Below, piece after piece: positions 24,401 to 35,759 of a stretch of DNA of 64,000 bases (position 1 is the stretch's first letter; each line of letters begins with the position of its first letter). Location of the stretch: contig PDIP01000013.1 in the NCBI GenBank assembly GCA_002811645.1, positions 19,742 through 83,741 of the forward strand, read 5' to 3'. The notes below the pieces were generated by a model that searched no databases, had not been told where the DNA came from, and worked only from the letters and a program-made list of their open reading frames with translations. The DNA comes from Corallochytrium limacisporum Hawaii (Eukaryota; Protista; Pluriformea). The translations under genes were made by a program, and so were the position numbers.

Positions 24401-26283
24401 ACTCTCTGTCTCTCTCTCTCTCTCGTCCAGCCTTTTCCTCGATTTGTTTTCCCTGTTTTGTTCCCTTTTTTTCTCCCTTGCATTTCCGATGTAAATCCTT
24501 CCGTCTGTCCCTCGCCATGTCTCGCGCGCGCGCACAACGGCGGTGGCGTCAAATTGACTGGGCCCTCTCCTCGCCCCCCCCCCCCCGGGGGGGGCGCCCA
24601 GACAAACAACACATCATTTTCAAGGGAGCCGAGGAAAGAACACAACTCTCTCGGTTTAGAAGGATGCATGGTGTACCAGAGAGGGAGAATAGGAGAAAGA
24701 AACGGGAAAAAAAATAAAGAAGAGAGAGAAACCGAAAGAGCGATCGGGCTCGTGCGCTGGGGTGTCCGGTGTCCAGACAGCGGGGGGCTCACAGCAGCCA
24801 CTCTGTGTGTTTTTCTTTCCTTTTTCGCTTGGTTTCGTTCGCTGGCTTCGTCTTCTCACATTCCAACGCCACTACATTTCACGCGCGAAAAGGCAATTTG
24901 TCAGTTTCCCTCCAATTTCGTTAGGTAATTGTGAATGAAATTGTTGGGCGTAGAAAATCGATGGAGGAGTCATTTTTGCATTCACCATGGAGAGACCAAT
25001 TATAGATCTCATTCCTTTCATCTGTGATGAGGTGCTGCCGACATATTGATAATGCAACGTGACCTTTACGGGTCGCATAACAATCAACACACAGTCACCG
25101 CCCCCAGGCACCCCGTGCCGGCCACGGAGCAACCGGCAGCGTTACGGGCAGCTTTGGGACAATCACCTCATGGCTAACACAGAGGTTTGCCACTGTCTTG
25201 CGCTGGTTCGGTCCTGGCTCCGGCTCCTGACCGACACAGGGATACATGTGTCCACCCACCTCCCGTCACAGCAACCAGACAGAAAACATTCCCGTTCCTG
25301 CTGATGTAGTCAGCATTAGCGGAGGAAATAAACCAATAAAATCCCATCGTTCCGCAGTGTTCTGGCTGCGCACCATTGAAATGTCACTTGCTGAGTACTA
25401 TTCCTATTATATAAAACATAGGCGGCAGTGAGCCTCTCATCGTCATCAAATCTGATCGGGCGTTCCATGGCCCTGTTAATGAGATTTGCCATGTATGAGG
25501 ATTATTTGATCACCGGGGCAGTCTATAGCTCTCCCATGTACACACGCGTGCAAACACAAAAACCCCCGCATGCAGGCAACATACAGCAAATCTAGACATG
25601 CACACGCATGAGGAGGATAGGATGCATCCAAGCCATCATGTCCCAGCCATTCATTCATCTTCGTAGCCAATTAGGTGCTTTGGATGTTGCAGAGTGCATG
25701 CTACCTGTCTGCTTAAGCCATGCCGTCTGACCGCCATGCTAGCCAAGGCTCTGAGGATTCAGATTGCGGGCTTCTGTCCGGTAACTAGCGTACCTGTCGA
25801 ACTTTGCTCGATGCTTATCTTCTTGGTTCCTCCATATCTGATAGTACACTCATATCTTGTGCACAGTAGTGGTCATCCTTTGTACCGATTCTACGAGGGT
25901 TGAGCCGAAACGGTCAGGAACAGCCCAGTCATTCGGATCTCCGGATGTGCTGGGAGTCAGGGCTTCGGTGAACTCCAGGACGGTGGGATTGTCTGTTGCG
26001 CCATCATCTGTACCCGCTGATTTGGGACATTCAAAAGCCATACAAACGAAGAACAGGAGCGCCCAATTCAATTCGTCTTCAGTACAGGATGGCGTCTGAT
26101 GTAAACGGTAAAGTCTTGTATTGATTTCGTGATGGGAGTTTTCAAGTGCATTGTGATTTGCTCTAACTAAAACAGTGAATGCCAAGATGAATCAAGGATG
26201 TCAGGTTCATCTGAACATCGTGAGTTGCATGCAAATGATGATGGGGATAATGATGACACATCCAATATGGGAATTGCTGCAGG

Positions 26284-27720
26284 TTATTCCTTCTTAGCCT
26301 TCTTGGACTTCTTCTCCTTCTTGTCCTTCTTTTCCTTCTTCTCCTTTTTGCTCTTCTTGCTCTTCTTCTCTTTCTTGTCAGACTCATCCTCAGAGCTAGA
26401 GGACTCATGCTTGCGCTTCGAGCGTTCGTCGGCCTGCAATTCCTGGACAAGAGACGGTGTCGCGGCAGCCGCTCCGGTGGTCTGTGACATGGTGACTTCA
26501 CCACCGTTAGCCTCAGCCAGCTCACGATAGTCGACATATCCCTTCTTCCAGTCAGATGGAGTATTCTCGTTGGGCCGCCCGTACTTGTCGAGCTTGCCCT
26601 CGGTAATCAGCTTCTTCTTCATCTGTGCCTTCGGACCCAGTCCCCAACGGCGTGGGTACGTGTCCCGCTCCATGATAACACGCTTGATCTTGGCGACAAT
26701 GCCATGGTCACAGGTGGCCATTACGGCCGTGGTCATCTGTGCAATGGCCAGGGCAATAGCTTCACCCTTTGTGGAGATCAACACAACCTCCTCGTCCACT
26801 TCTATTCCGTTTTCGTAACGCAGCAGACCGGGAACCATGAGCTTGGCACCGTAGCAGATGGCGTTCACGGCAGTGTCCTTTACAACAATGCGCTTGTGGC
26901 CAATGAGCAAACGCTCAAGCGGGAACACGATACGCCTCAGGTACGATTCATCACGGTTGTGGTCGTACATCCACTGGGCATCCAGGATGTCGTGCATGGT
27001 GCAAGAATGATCCATTTCACTGACCACACCAGAGCGACTGCGGCGCAGTTCCTGCATATGTCCACCGACACCCAACATAAGTCCCAGATGCACACACAGG
27101 GTACGAATGTAAGTACCAGCCTGGCAGCTGACCCGGAAGATGGCCAAATTTCGCTGATCATCGAATTCTAGAAGCTCGTTCTCGTAAATTGTGCGAATTC
27201 GCAGCTGCCGCTTCACCGCAGAGATCAACGGAGGGCGCTGGAAAAGTGCACCAGTCAATTGCTCCAGACCACGGACAACTTTAGCCTTATCCACAGCACC
27301 ATGTAGACGTGCTATGCAGATATATTCCTTTCCGGCACCCTGTTGACTCTTAACCAGGCGCGTGGCCCGCTCGATGCAAACAATCAGACAACCAGTGACC
27401 TTGGGATCCAGAGTACCAGAGTGACCTGTCTTCTCAACGCGCAAAATGCGCTTGATCCAAGCAACAACTTCATGACTGCTCGGGTTGGCCGGCTTGTCAA
27501 GGTTCACGAAACCGTAGCGGACGTAATCCTCAATGGGACGCTTCAGAGGAGATGAACCCGCCGGAATTGGTGTGTAGTGTCCGGTACGTACATTGAGAGA
27601 ATCATAGTTTTTGAGAAGCAGAGGCCACTTCGAAGTATCAAGCGTGGGCTTCAGATCCTCTGGTTGGATTTTGTATTCGGCATCTGCCGATGTCTTGGAC
27701 TTCTTTGACTCCTTGCCCAT
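26284..27720 (-). CDS. DKC1: H/ACA snoRNP pseudouridine synthase dyskerin/Cbf5
   Basis: [32 protein letters not shown] (catalytic Asp), PUA domain, KKE-rich tail. ATG at 27720. Confidence 0.98.
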   Translation of the reverse strand: MGKESKKSKTSADAEYKIQPEDLKPTLDTSKWPLLLKNYDSLNVRTGHYTPIPAGSSPLKRPIEDYVRYGFVNLDKPANPSSHEVVAWIKRILRVEKTGHSGTLDPKVTGCLIVCIERATRLVKSQQGAGKEYICIARLHGAVDKAKVVRGLEQLTGALFQRPPLISAVKRQLRIRTIYENELLEFDDQRNLAIFRVSCQAGTYIRTLCVHLGLMLGVGGHMQELRRSRSGVVSEMDHSCTMHDILDAQWMYDHNRDESYLRRIVFPLERLLIGHKRIVVKDTAVNAICYGAKLMVPGLLRYENGIEVDEEVVLISTKGEAIALAIAQMTTAVMATCDHGIVAKIKRVIMERDTYPRRWGLGPKAQMKKKLITEGKLDKYGRPNENTPSDWKKGYVDYRELAEANGGEVTMSQTTGAAAATPSLVQELQADERSKRKHESSSSEDESDKKEKKSKKSKKEKKEKKDKKEKKSKKAKKE

Positions 27721-28525
27721 GGTTAAGAGTAGTCTTACCCGTTCCTTCAAACCCGAACAAGATGTACTGATCAATGCATAACTATATTAAAACCGAATAT
27801 CGGATACATACACATCTAAATAGCTCAACGTTGTACGTCATAGAGTACTTGCAGTGAGCGATTTATAAATGTTGTTGAGTTTCTTGTGAAGTATCATCAG
27901 CCGCATACCTACAGAACATAACGATTTCGGCTTTGCCGTACCTCGTAAATGTAGTTCACCAACCTTTGGCACAAGGGGTACAAGGCACACACACACCCCC
28001 TGCAGGCTGCGTGGTGTGTGCTCCTGCCCTCCATATCTACGGTACACGGAGGAGGCGGCAAGGGGGACGAAATATTAAGTTGAAAACCAAACGTCCGTTC
28101 TCTCAGGAGGGGGGGGGGTGCCCATTTTCCTATGGTACACCCGTCCCGAGCCTGACCCTTACATAATCGCTGTGGGTACCGGTGGTATAGAAAAACGTTA
28201 AGGAGGTCCTCGGGGGTGAGGGTGCCGAGTGTGCACAAAGTACCAGGCCGGCCCATAAGGCGTAGGACCACATGGGGGGAGGGGGAGGCGGAGGCGGATT
28301 GGCAAGCAGACCCGAACGGGGGCCTATTTTAGAAGAGCGCAAGCGACCTCAAACTTGGCTTGCCGATTTTGCAACTTATTGAGATGTGGGGCTCGCGAGG
28401 CCATCAAGTCAGTAGCAACGACCAATCGACTTTTGCATTAGTAGAAACACAGGGACAAAGTAAACTCTATGAAGATGATGTTTAATGTCCAAGAATTGAA
28501 ATCAAAGATGAATGCACACTGTTGG

Positions 28526-29605
28526 TCAGGAATCAAACTTGAGACGTTTGGCGGCCGATGAGTTCTTTGCATCGTCAAGCACACGCTTATTGGGGTGATC
28601 AATGTCATGATTAAGCTTCCGAGGTAAATCTTCTGAATGGGTTGGCAATGGTTCCGAGGTGAACCAAGGATCTTTGAGACAATCAGTTGCTGTGGCACGC
28701 TTGACTGGATCATACACGAACATGGGTGCCATGAACTTGATCGTATCTCGAGTTGTGGCTGTGAAAATCGTTTCGAGTGGCACTGTCGGGTATTTTTCCA
28801 TTTTGATGAAGTTGTAGTTTGGCAAAGATTCCACACTGGGCCACTGTTCCACTGTGGGTGTGCCAAACGTCTGATAGATCTTCTGGAGCTGATCTATCTC
28901 GGTTCCTCCGGGAAGTAATGGTCGACGAAGCATCATTTCTGCCAGGATGCATCCAGTTGCCCACATATCAACGCCAACGCTGTATTGTTTGGCTCCTAGC
29001 AGCAGTTCTGGGCTCCTGTACCATACCGTTACAACTCGGTTGGTCATGTCAATGTCTGGACTCGCAGCGTAGCGAGCCATACCAAAATCAGTGATCTTCA
29101 ATTGTCCATCGGACCCAATCAGCAAGTTATTTGGCTTCATATCCCTGTGCAGAATCCACAGCTTGTGCATGTGCTCCAGACCCAAGAGCATTTGATGCAT
29201 ATAGGACTTAATATCTGAAGGCTCCAAGACAATATTCCTGTCCTTGATCACGACCTCCATGTCTGTGAACATATAGTCAAATACCAAGTGCGTGATCTTA
29301 TCCTCTGTGTACACATCATGCAAAGTAATAATATTTGGATGTTGTACTTCCTTCAGAATCTTGATTTCTCGCATTGATGGAATGCTGATTCCGTTTTCTC
29401 GCTCGTCTCGATCCCGTTTCATTTTCTTCACAGCCACTTCGAATCCATCGCTCTTCCGCCGACCGGCAAATACAGTAGCATAGGTACCGCGACCAAGAAA
29501 TTTGATTAGCTCATATGTATGAACAACTTTTCCGGCTCCATTGATGTGCATACCCGTAGGAGCAGCAGTCGAGCTACCACCACCCGTATCCGATGACGCG
29601 ACCAT
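28526..29605 (-). CDS. CDK7: Cyclin-dependent kinase 7 (CAK/TFIIH kinase)
   Basis: GRGTYATV, HRDMKPNNLL, DFG, VVTVWYRSPELLLGA, VGVDMWATGCILAE, C-terminal KRLKF. ATG at 29605. Confidence 0.88.
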   Translation of the reverse strand: MVASSDTGGGSSTAAPTGMHINGAGKVVHTYELIKFLGRGTYATVFAGRRKSDGFEVAVKKMKRDRDERENGISIPSMREIKILKEVQHPNIITLHDVYTEDKITHLVFDYMFTDMEVVIKDRNIVLEPSDIKSYMHQMLLGLEHMHKLWILHRDMKPNNLLIGSDGQLKITDFGMARYAASPDIDMTNRVVTVWYRSPELLLGAKQYSVGVDMWATGCILAEMMLRRPLLPGGTEIDQLQKIYQTFGTPTVEQWPSVESLPNYNFIKMEKYPTVPLETIFTATTRDTIKFMAPMFVYDPVKRATATDCLKDPWFTSEPLPTHSEDLPRKLNHDIDHPNKRVLDDAKNSSAAKRLKFDS

Positions 29606-30640
29606 ACTTATTTTCAGCTGGATGCTGATTGCTGACAATTCTACATTACTAGTTCACCAACGCCTTCGCATGACAAACATCACAATTCCTTCTTGGATAG
29701 GACATTGGACGTGCTCTCCAGCGATTGTGAACCCTCACTGTATCCGAAATACCTCGTCGTTCTGAAAGATATTGTTGGAGACAGTCTTGGTCCACTTACA
29801 TCAGACACCAACACTGCCCCTCACCCCCGCCGCCGCCGCTTTCTAGCGGCTCACTGGCAGTTCGGTCGGGTTCCGAACAAAGGATAACCTCATTATTCGA
29901 ATTAAAGGCAACACACTTCTGGGGGTTCAGTGTTAAAGACCGACTTTGTCACACCTTTTCCAGCAAAAGAAAGACTTGGCGTAATTATTGCGTTGAATGT
30001 TTTCGGATACCACCACCTGGCGGTACTGCTTCCACACAGTGGCTATTCCAGTTTTGTTTGTTGTTGTTGCTTTCCGCTTTCGGGATGTGCCTGAGGAAAT
30101 GAGAGGCATTCTCTCACCGCAAGTTCGGCCCCAGGACAGTTCATGCGGTACAATCGATGAGGAATAATGATCAACGATGGAGGTTCCAACAAATGATGAA
30201 TTGAAGGGTGAATGCCCCTTCAAATGTGGGTCGATAATGAAGGATGGAATTGCTGTTGCTGATGATCATAGCTTCGCAACTCAATCGGAGGAATTGCACA
30301 CTGTCTGACCATGCAGCTCCACCGGTCGCAACGCACGCATTTCTTTGTGCTTAGACCATTCTTCGACATGGGTGGCCTTGTTTTACATCATCTCGGGGAA
30401 TTTGCATAGAAATTAAATGGGGGAACGTAATGGAAACCAGTATAGATAAGGTACGTGAGCTGAGGAACTTGTGAACGAATCACATAGCGTAACCATGATC
30501 ATCGCTTAAACTGCAGAATTGGGGTATAATATTGCGGCGGAGCGGTGGAGAAGGAGGGAAGAAGGAGCAGTCAGTCAGAAGACAAGCCATTCGACTTTGT
30601 GTACTACCCTTCACTACGAAATTCACTATTGTTTTGAAGG

Positions 30641-31294
30641 ATGACTGACACCGAACCACCCCGTCCCACGGGTGCCCCTGAGACCATGGAGCCAGTCGAT
30701 CTGGATCTCGTTACTTCTCGTGTTTACGTAGGTAACTTGGCTTGGAGCGTTCGCTGGCAAGACCTAAAGGACCATATGAGAGTGGTCGGAAATGTCACGT
30801 ACGCAACTGTGCTGCAATCTCCAGATGGACGAAGCCGAGGATGCGGTATTGTGGAGTATGAAACCATTGAGGAAGCAAAAACAGCTATTCTTCAAATGAC
30901 GGACACGGAATTGAGTGGGAGGAAAATATTTGTCCGCAAAGACCGCGAAGCTCAGGATCCCTCTGATACATCAGCTGTCGATTGTCAGATCTTTGTTGGC
31001 AACCTCGATTGGGGTGTATCTTGGCAGGACCTCAAGGACATTTTCTCACAGTTTGGGGAAGTTTTGCGTGCAGACGTAGCCACTGACTTCAGAAGACGTA
31101 GCAGGGGTTATGGAACGGTTCGATTTGCGACGCCTGAAGCCGCAACCCAGGCTATCGAGGCATTTGATGGTAAGCCCCTGAGCGATAAATATGAGAGGCC
31201 ACTTCAGGTCCGGCATGACCAGAAGGCGAATCAGTATCGCATGGGCAATCGCGGGGGCCGCGGGGGCCGCGGTCGCGGTAGTTTCAGGCCATGA
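30641..31294 (+). CDS. Gbp2/Hrb1/Gbp1p-like (hnRNP M-related) RNA- or G-strand-binding protein, 2 RRM plus RGG tail
   Basis: RVYVGNLAWSVRWQDLKDHM, SRGCGIVEY, IFVGNLDWGVSWQDLKDIF, SRGYGTVRF, C-terminal RGGRGGRGRG. Confidence 0.88.
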   Translation: MTDTEPPRPTGAPETMEPVDLDLVTSRVYVGNLAWSVRWQDLKDHMRVVGNVTYATVLQSPDGRSRGCGIVEYETIEEAKTAILQMTDTELSGRKIFVRKDREAQDPSDTSAVDCQIFVGNLDWGVSWQDLKDIFSQFGEVLRADVATDFRRRSRGYGTVRFATPEAATQAIEAFDGKPLSDKYERPLQVRHDQKANQYRMGNRGGRGGRGRGSFRP

Positions 31295-31617
31295 GTAACT
31301 CTTTGCAGTACGGGCCAGCTGCTATCATTGTTAGCTGCTGAAGCATCTGTGTTCTCCTATTTTGCTTCTTGAGCCTTTCATTGTTTGGGATGTACATGAG
31401 GATTTATGAGTATACATTTAAAGAAGACATGGTAAATTGAATGTACTGCACAAGTACTGAGGATAAGGCATCCGTCTCCTTCGTGATCTCGAGGAGATTT
31501 GTGAGTGAAACAAATACAGTCTACTAACCTTTCAAACAAATCAGTGTTGACATTCTGAGCGCCGCAGAAAGGACGTCAGTGTCCGCTCTGTGCGTCATTG
31601 TATTGACGGTCACGTTT

Positions 31618-34600
31618 TCAGACATCAAAGCAAGCGATGCCAAAAGAATTGTCTTGCATAAACTCGTGACGAAGGACATCGGTAGACTTCGGGTCTACAC
31701 GGAGTTTGATGGCATCGAGTTTCTGATCCATCATGTCCTTCAGACTGTTCCACTCATCCACCATTTCCTTCGAATCGTAGACTTTAAAGTACGACCGAAT
31801 GATGCCGAGTTCCAGTTTTAACTGAAGGTAGCCATTGATGCCTCCCTGCGCCTTTGACACTTCTTCACGGAAGGTGGAAATCAGAAGGGTGCCAATCTCA
31901 CCCATGACTGTGGTAAGGAGATTGGGCATTGTGCAACTCACTTCGGCGTGGACCACAGTGAGCAATATGGTAATTTCGCGCACGGCATTGCGCACCTTGG
32001 TCGGTGGATTCCACTTAGCCCATTCTGGACCAGGGTCGAATAGAGAGTTGACCATGCGTACTAATCGACCCTTCTTTAGCCGCAAGTAAGTAGCCGATGC
32101 AGCTTCATACAAGTTCTGAATGTTTTCACTTAATACATCAATCTGGGAAGTCATGTCCTCATCGAAGGCTTCAAGGTAGAATGCGTGAATATCTCCCAGA
32201 ACCTCCGCATTCAGATACTCAATGTTACCCATGAGGGCAAGGAGTGTGAGCTCCGGACTTTTGCTAGCGTCGTTTCCAATTTCGTGTAGAGGAGTTGTTG
32301 AGATGAAAGTAGTCTTGCGAGTGCCTCTGCTGGTTTGGTGTGCCTTCACCTGTTCGTTAAACTGCTTTACAGCTTGTTCAATGAGATACCGGATGCTTTT
32401 CGCCAGGCCAGCAGTCATGTCACCCAAATTCTCACGAAGACTTTCAGTACCGACGTACTTGGTACCATCTAGCCCACAGATGCGCGTATTTACACGACCA
32501 ATCGTCTCTAGATACTTCACTGTCGCCTTCACTGTACCATGAAAACTTCGCGGCAGCTGCGTACATCCGTGACGCTCACTGATCAAAAGATCTTCTGTGT
32601 CTGCCAAGCGCCCGCATATGGTCTTGCTATTTTCCATAACGAGCTGGACAATCATAATCTTGATGCCTTCTACGTACCTTGTGCACCTGTCGATAACCTT
32701 TGGAGCTAACTTTAACTGCTTCAAGAACGCCAAGGTCCGCGCAGACGTGGTGTCCAACTCAATGAAACTGTTCAAAGTACCCTTCGTCGCAGGGAGAGCA
32801 ATGTCTTGATCTGGCAAATGCCGTTCCACTAAACCCACGTATTCTAAGATTAGGTCCAGCATGAGGTCGTTGAAGTCATCTCGAGTACGCAAGGGCCTTA
32901 CAGGAACTGGTTTGAGAGTTTCCTCCATGGAGGCCTCAAAAAGATTTGGATTGGAATCGTTACCCTTCCTCTTTAAGGCATCTGAAGATCTCAGCGGTGA
33001 TCCAGGGCTCTGGGGTTCCTTGGCACCGGCCAGCGCTTGCATGGACGCAGCTTGGGCGGCTTGAAGACGGAAACGACCACCAAAGTAGGCCTTCGAATAG
33101 TTTTGGATTCCAGGCAATCGACTGCGGAGAATTCTGTCCAAGGCCTTCGTCAGAATGACGGTCCACTCTAGGGGTGTTGAGCCTTGCATAAGTGACATCA
33201 TGGAATTGGTTCCGAAAGATCCTGCAAACTTCTTCAGATGTGATCGACTGCCACGACCAGCCCTTTGCTTTTCAGGTCCGAGCGTGGAGGCTAATTTTCG
33301 TTGTGATGCACCGCGGGTGAGTTTAGGAGTAGTGCCGCTTTCTTTCGTAGGAGAATGTGGCTCATTGAGGGCCCCTGTCATGCTTGCAGTGCCATCGTCC
33401 ATCATCAAACCAGAAGCGCTGCCTCGCATTTGCATGGATGAAACACTACCCATCTCCTCGAGGCTAATAGATCTACTAAAACTCCCCTCAATGTTCCTGA
33501 TTTGATGCGCTACTTCCGTGCCAATGGCGTACATGTGATCACGCAGATGGTCCGTCTGGACACCTAAGAAGAACCACAAAGGCTCTCCTTCTGGGTCAAG
33601 TTCAAGCAGATAGCCAAGCAGAATCTCTGTTTGAGGATTGAAGTCTGGTTTGCGCTTCAGGTGCTCGTACAGACGCTCCGCGCATGTTCGCATAATCTTG
33701 TGACATTCCTCGAGCACAATCTGGAAAAGGGGATGATCTTTTCGGTCGGCATATAGATATTGAGCCTTGCGATAGTCTTGCATAGCATTGTCATAGTCTC
33801 CTGTCAGGACATCCCGCTTGAGGGAGGCCGGCAGACCAAAGAGAAATTTGAATTTCTCGAGCACGGCCAACGCGTTCCGAATCTTGGTGCTCTCCGGTCG
33901 GCCACTCAATAGTTTGGGTAGTAAATCGTTGACTGTTCCCGCTTGAGTTTCCAGCTCATTCTGAATTTGGTGTCCAAGGGCAAGATCGTCCTTACCCTCA
34001 GCTTTTTTCTGCTCTTCTACAATATCTGCCACTTGCTCAATAACGGTCTTACATGCCATAAACTTATTTAGATTCTCCTTAATCAAATCCCGCTGTGCCT
34101 TCGACTTTGTGCCCATCAGACGACGCAGGTTGTTGCACCCTGCTTGTAATTCTGTATTGCTACAATCCCGATAGTTTTCCACTAGGAACCAGGTCGGAAC
34201 AAAGTTTGCGTCCCGCATTCGACTGGATCCTTGTGGGTAGAACTTCTTAAGGTCGTTCAGTGCCTGGCGGGTCATGACCTTTCGGCGCAGATCGGCTTTA
34301 ATGCCCAACGGATCCAATTCTTCCTCCTTTACCTGATTTGTAATTGTAGTTGGTGCCATGGTGCCTTGACGGATAAATGCTGGGAGCTCCTCTTCCACCC
34401 AGTGATCGGTCTCCTCCGTCAGCCCGATTTCTTGTACCTCGCTCTCTGTGACCTGGAATTCAAATTCCAAAGTAGACGTCCCGGACCCTGCACTTGCAGT
34501 TGTCACTGTTATTGGACCTGAACCATTGCCTGGGGGCATTACAACGCTAATCTTTGACTGTGAATGCCATTTGACATTGCTGAGGCAGTCCACGCCTGCA

Positions 34601-34722
34601 ATGGTAAGCCCAATTATATCATCAGCATCCATACCAAGGTTAGCGCCACGGATTATAACCGTGGTGCCCCCCGTATCCGGTCCAAACTTTGGACTCAGAC
34701 CAGTTACTTCCGGTAGCTCCAT
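31618..34722 (-). CDS. EXOC2: Exocyst subunit Sec5/EXOC2 with N-terminal IPT/TIG domain
   Basis: PEVTGLSPKFGP..TVIIRGANLG (IPT), DPLG, FVPTWFLVENY, IRNALAVLEKFKFLFGLP, VRNAVREITILLTVVHAEV. Confidence 0.93.
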   Translation of the reverse strand: MELPEVTGLSPKFGPDTGGTTVIIRGANLGMDADDIIGLTIAGVDCLSNVKWHSQSKISVVMPPGNGSGPITVTTASAGSGTSTLEFEFQVTESEVQEIGLTEETDHWVEEELPAFIRQGTMAPTTITNQVKEEELDPLGIKADLRRKVMTRQALNDLKKFYPQGSSRMRDANFVPTWFLVENYRDCSNTELQAGCNNLRRLMGTKSKAQRDLIKENLNKFMACKTVIEQVADIVEEQKKAEGKDDLALGHQIQNELETQAGTVNDLLPKLLSGRPESTKIRNALAVLEKFKFLFGLPASLKRDVLTGDYDNAMQDYRKAQYLYADRKDHPLFQIVLEECHKIMRTCAERLYEHLKRKPDFNPQTEILLGYLLELDPEGEPLWFFLGVQTDHLRDHMYAIGTEVAHQIRNIEGSFSRSISLEEMGSVSSMQMRGSASGLMMDDGTASMTGALNEPHSPTKESGTTPKLTRGASQRKLASTLGPEKQRAGRGSRSHLKKFAGSFGTNSMMSLMQGSTPLEWTVILTKALDRILRSRLPGIQNYSKAYFGGRFRLQAAQAASMQALAGAKEPQSPGSPLRSSDALKRKGNDSNPNLFEASMEETLKPVPVRPLRTRDDFNDLMLDLILEYVGLVERHLPDQDIALPATKGTLNSFIELDTTSARTLAFLKQLKLAPKVIDRCTRYVEGIKIMIVQLVMENSKTICGRLADTEDLLISERHGCTQLPRSFHGTVKATVKYLETIGRVNTRICGLDGTKYVGTESLRENLGDMTAGLAKSIRYLIEQAVKQFNEQVKAHQTSRGTRKTTFISTTPLHEIGNDASKSPELTLLALMGNIEYLNAEVLGDIHAFYLEAFDEDMTSQIDVLSENIQNLYEAASATYLRLKKGRLVRMVNSLFDPGPEWAKWNPPTKVRNAVREITILLTVVHAEVSCTMPNLLTTVMGEIGTLLISTFREEVSKAQGGINGYLQLKLELGIIRSYFKVYDSKEMVDEWNSLKDMMDQKLDAIKLRVDPKSTDVLRHEFMQDNSFGIACFDV

Positions 34723-35759
34723 GTTGGCGCCCTTCTAGTGTCGACAGAGCCTATGTTTTGGCCATGATCCTCCTCCTTTACTTCTGTGGCTTAACACGCA
34801 CATCTATTCGGTGCAGAACTATTGGCTTCAGAGCCCATAGCGGATGCCACTCAAATACTTCACTATCACTTCTAAAACATAGATGATGTCTATCCAACCC
34901 GAACTTTTCACACACAGAATTGTAACTCTTGTGTTCGGCTTTGTCTCGGTACATGACACTCCGTACGGACGCTTGTTTTCTGCTCAGCTCATAGAAAAGC
35001 CGGACCGTGCAGCACCTACAGCTGCCATGGGTCTTATTGGTCTCTCTTAATGTCGAGTCCCCGACACACAAACCAAAAAACAGACCCACTTGCAGTCCAT
35101 TGAGTACCGAAAAGCGCCCCACATCAGCCCGCCCAAGTTTTTTGTTGGGTGCCGGGCACCACAGAATCCGAGGGAGATAGCCACTTTTCAGAGCCGCCAG
35201 GAAAAGTATATACAATTAAAAAGCACACATAATCGAAGGGGGCCCTCTCCAAAAACACACATAAATTTCCAGTAGGGACACTTTTTGCCCCAGAAAACGA
35301 CAGAAAAATATTCATGTCTAATTTTTGCAGGAGAAACATTGGAGAGGAGAACCATTTCGTGGGTGAGATATATATTAACTCGGAAGGGAGACCCCACGGC
35401 ATACTAAGTATACCGGAGCAGACCATTTCAGTAGTAGAAGTACTGGCTTATTCGTTTGTAGGCCTTCCACAACTGTCCGGAGAGTGACCCGGTAGCTTCA
35501 ATGGGCACCGTGCGCCCAAACTCAGGGCACTCACAAGGTCCTATGGGTCCTCACAACCTGTGGCAGGCCAAAGTACGACAACCCACTATGTCTAGTCGAG
35601 CTCAAAGCATCATGGTTAGTCGCCTCTATCTGTATAATACCTGCCCGTAACGGTTGAATCGTAGAAATAGCTATTTCAAGACCCACGCTTTGGAACCCTA
35701 TTTGTGGTACCACACGTTGATCAGTTACAAAATTTTGGGCTCATTTCATTTCTGTCAAC

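Noticed and set aside
29933-30223. Minus ORF with WKQYRQVVV...YAKSFFC, faintly WRKY-like
   Set aside because: There is no WRKYGQK core, no downstream His ligands and no ATG at the track start; the resemblance is within chance.
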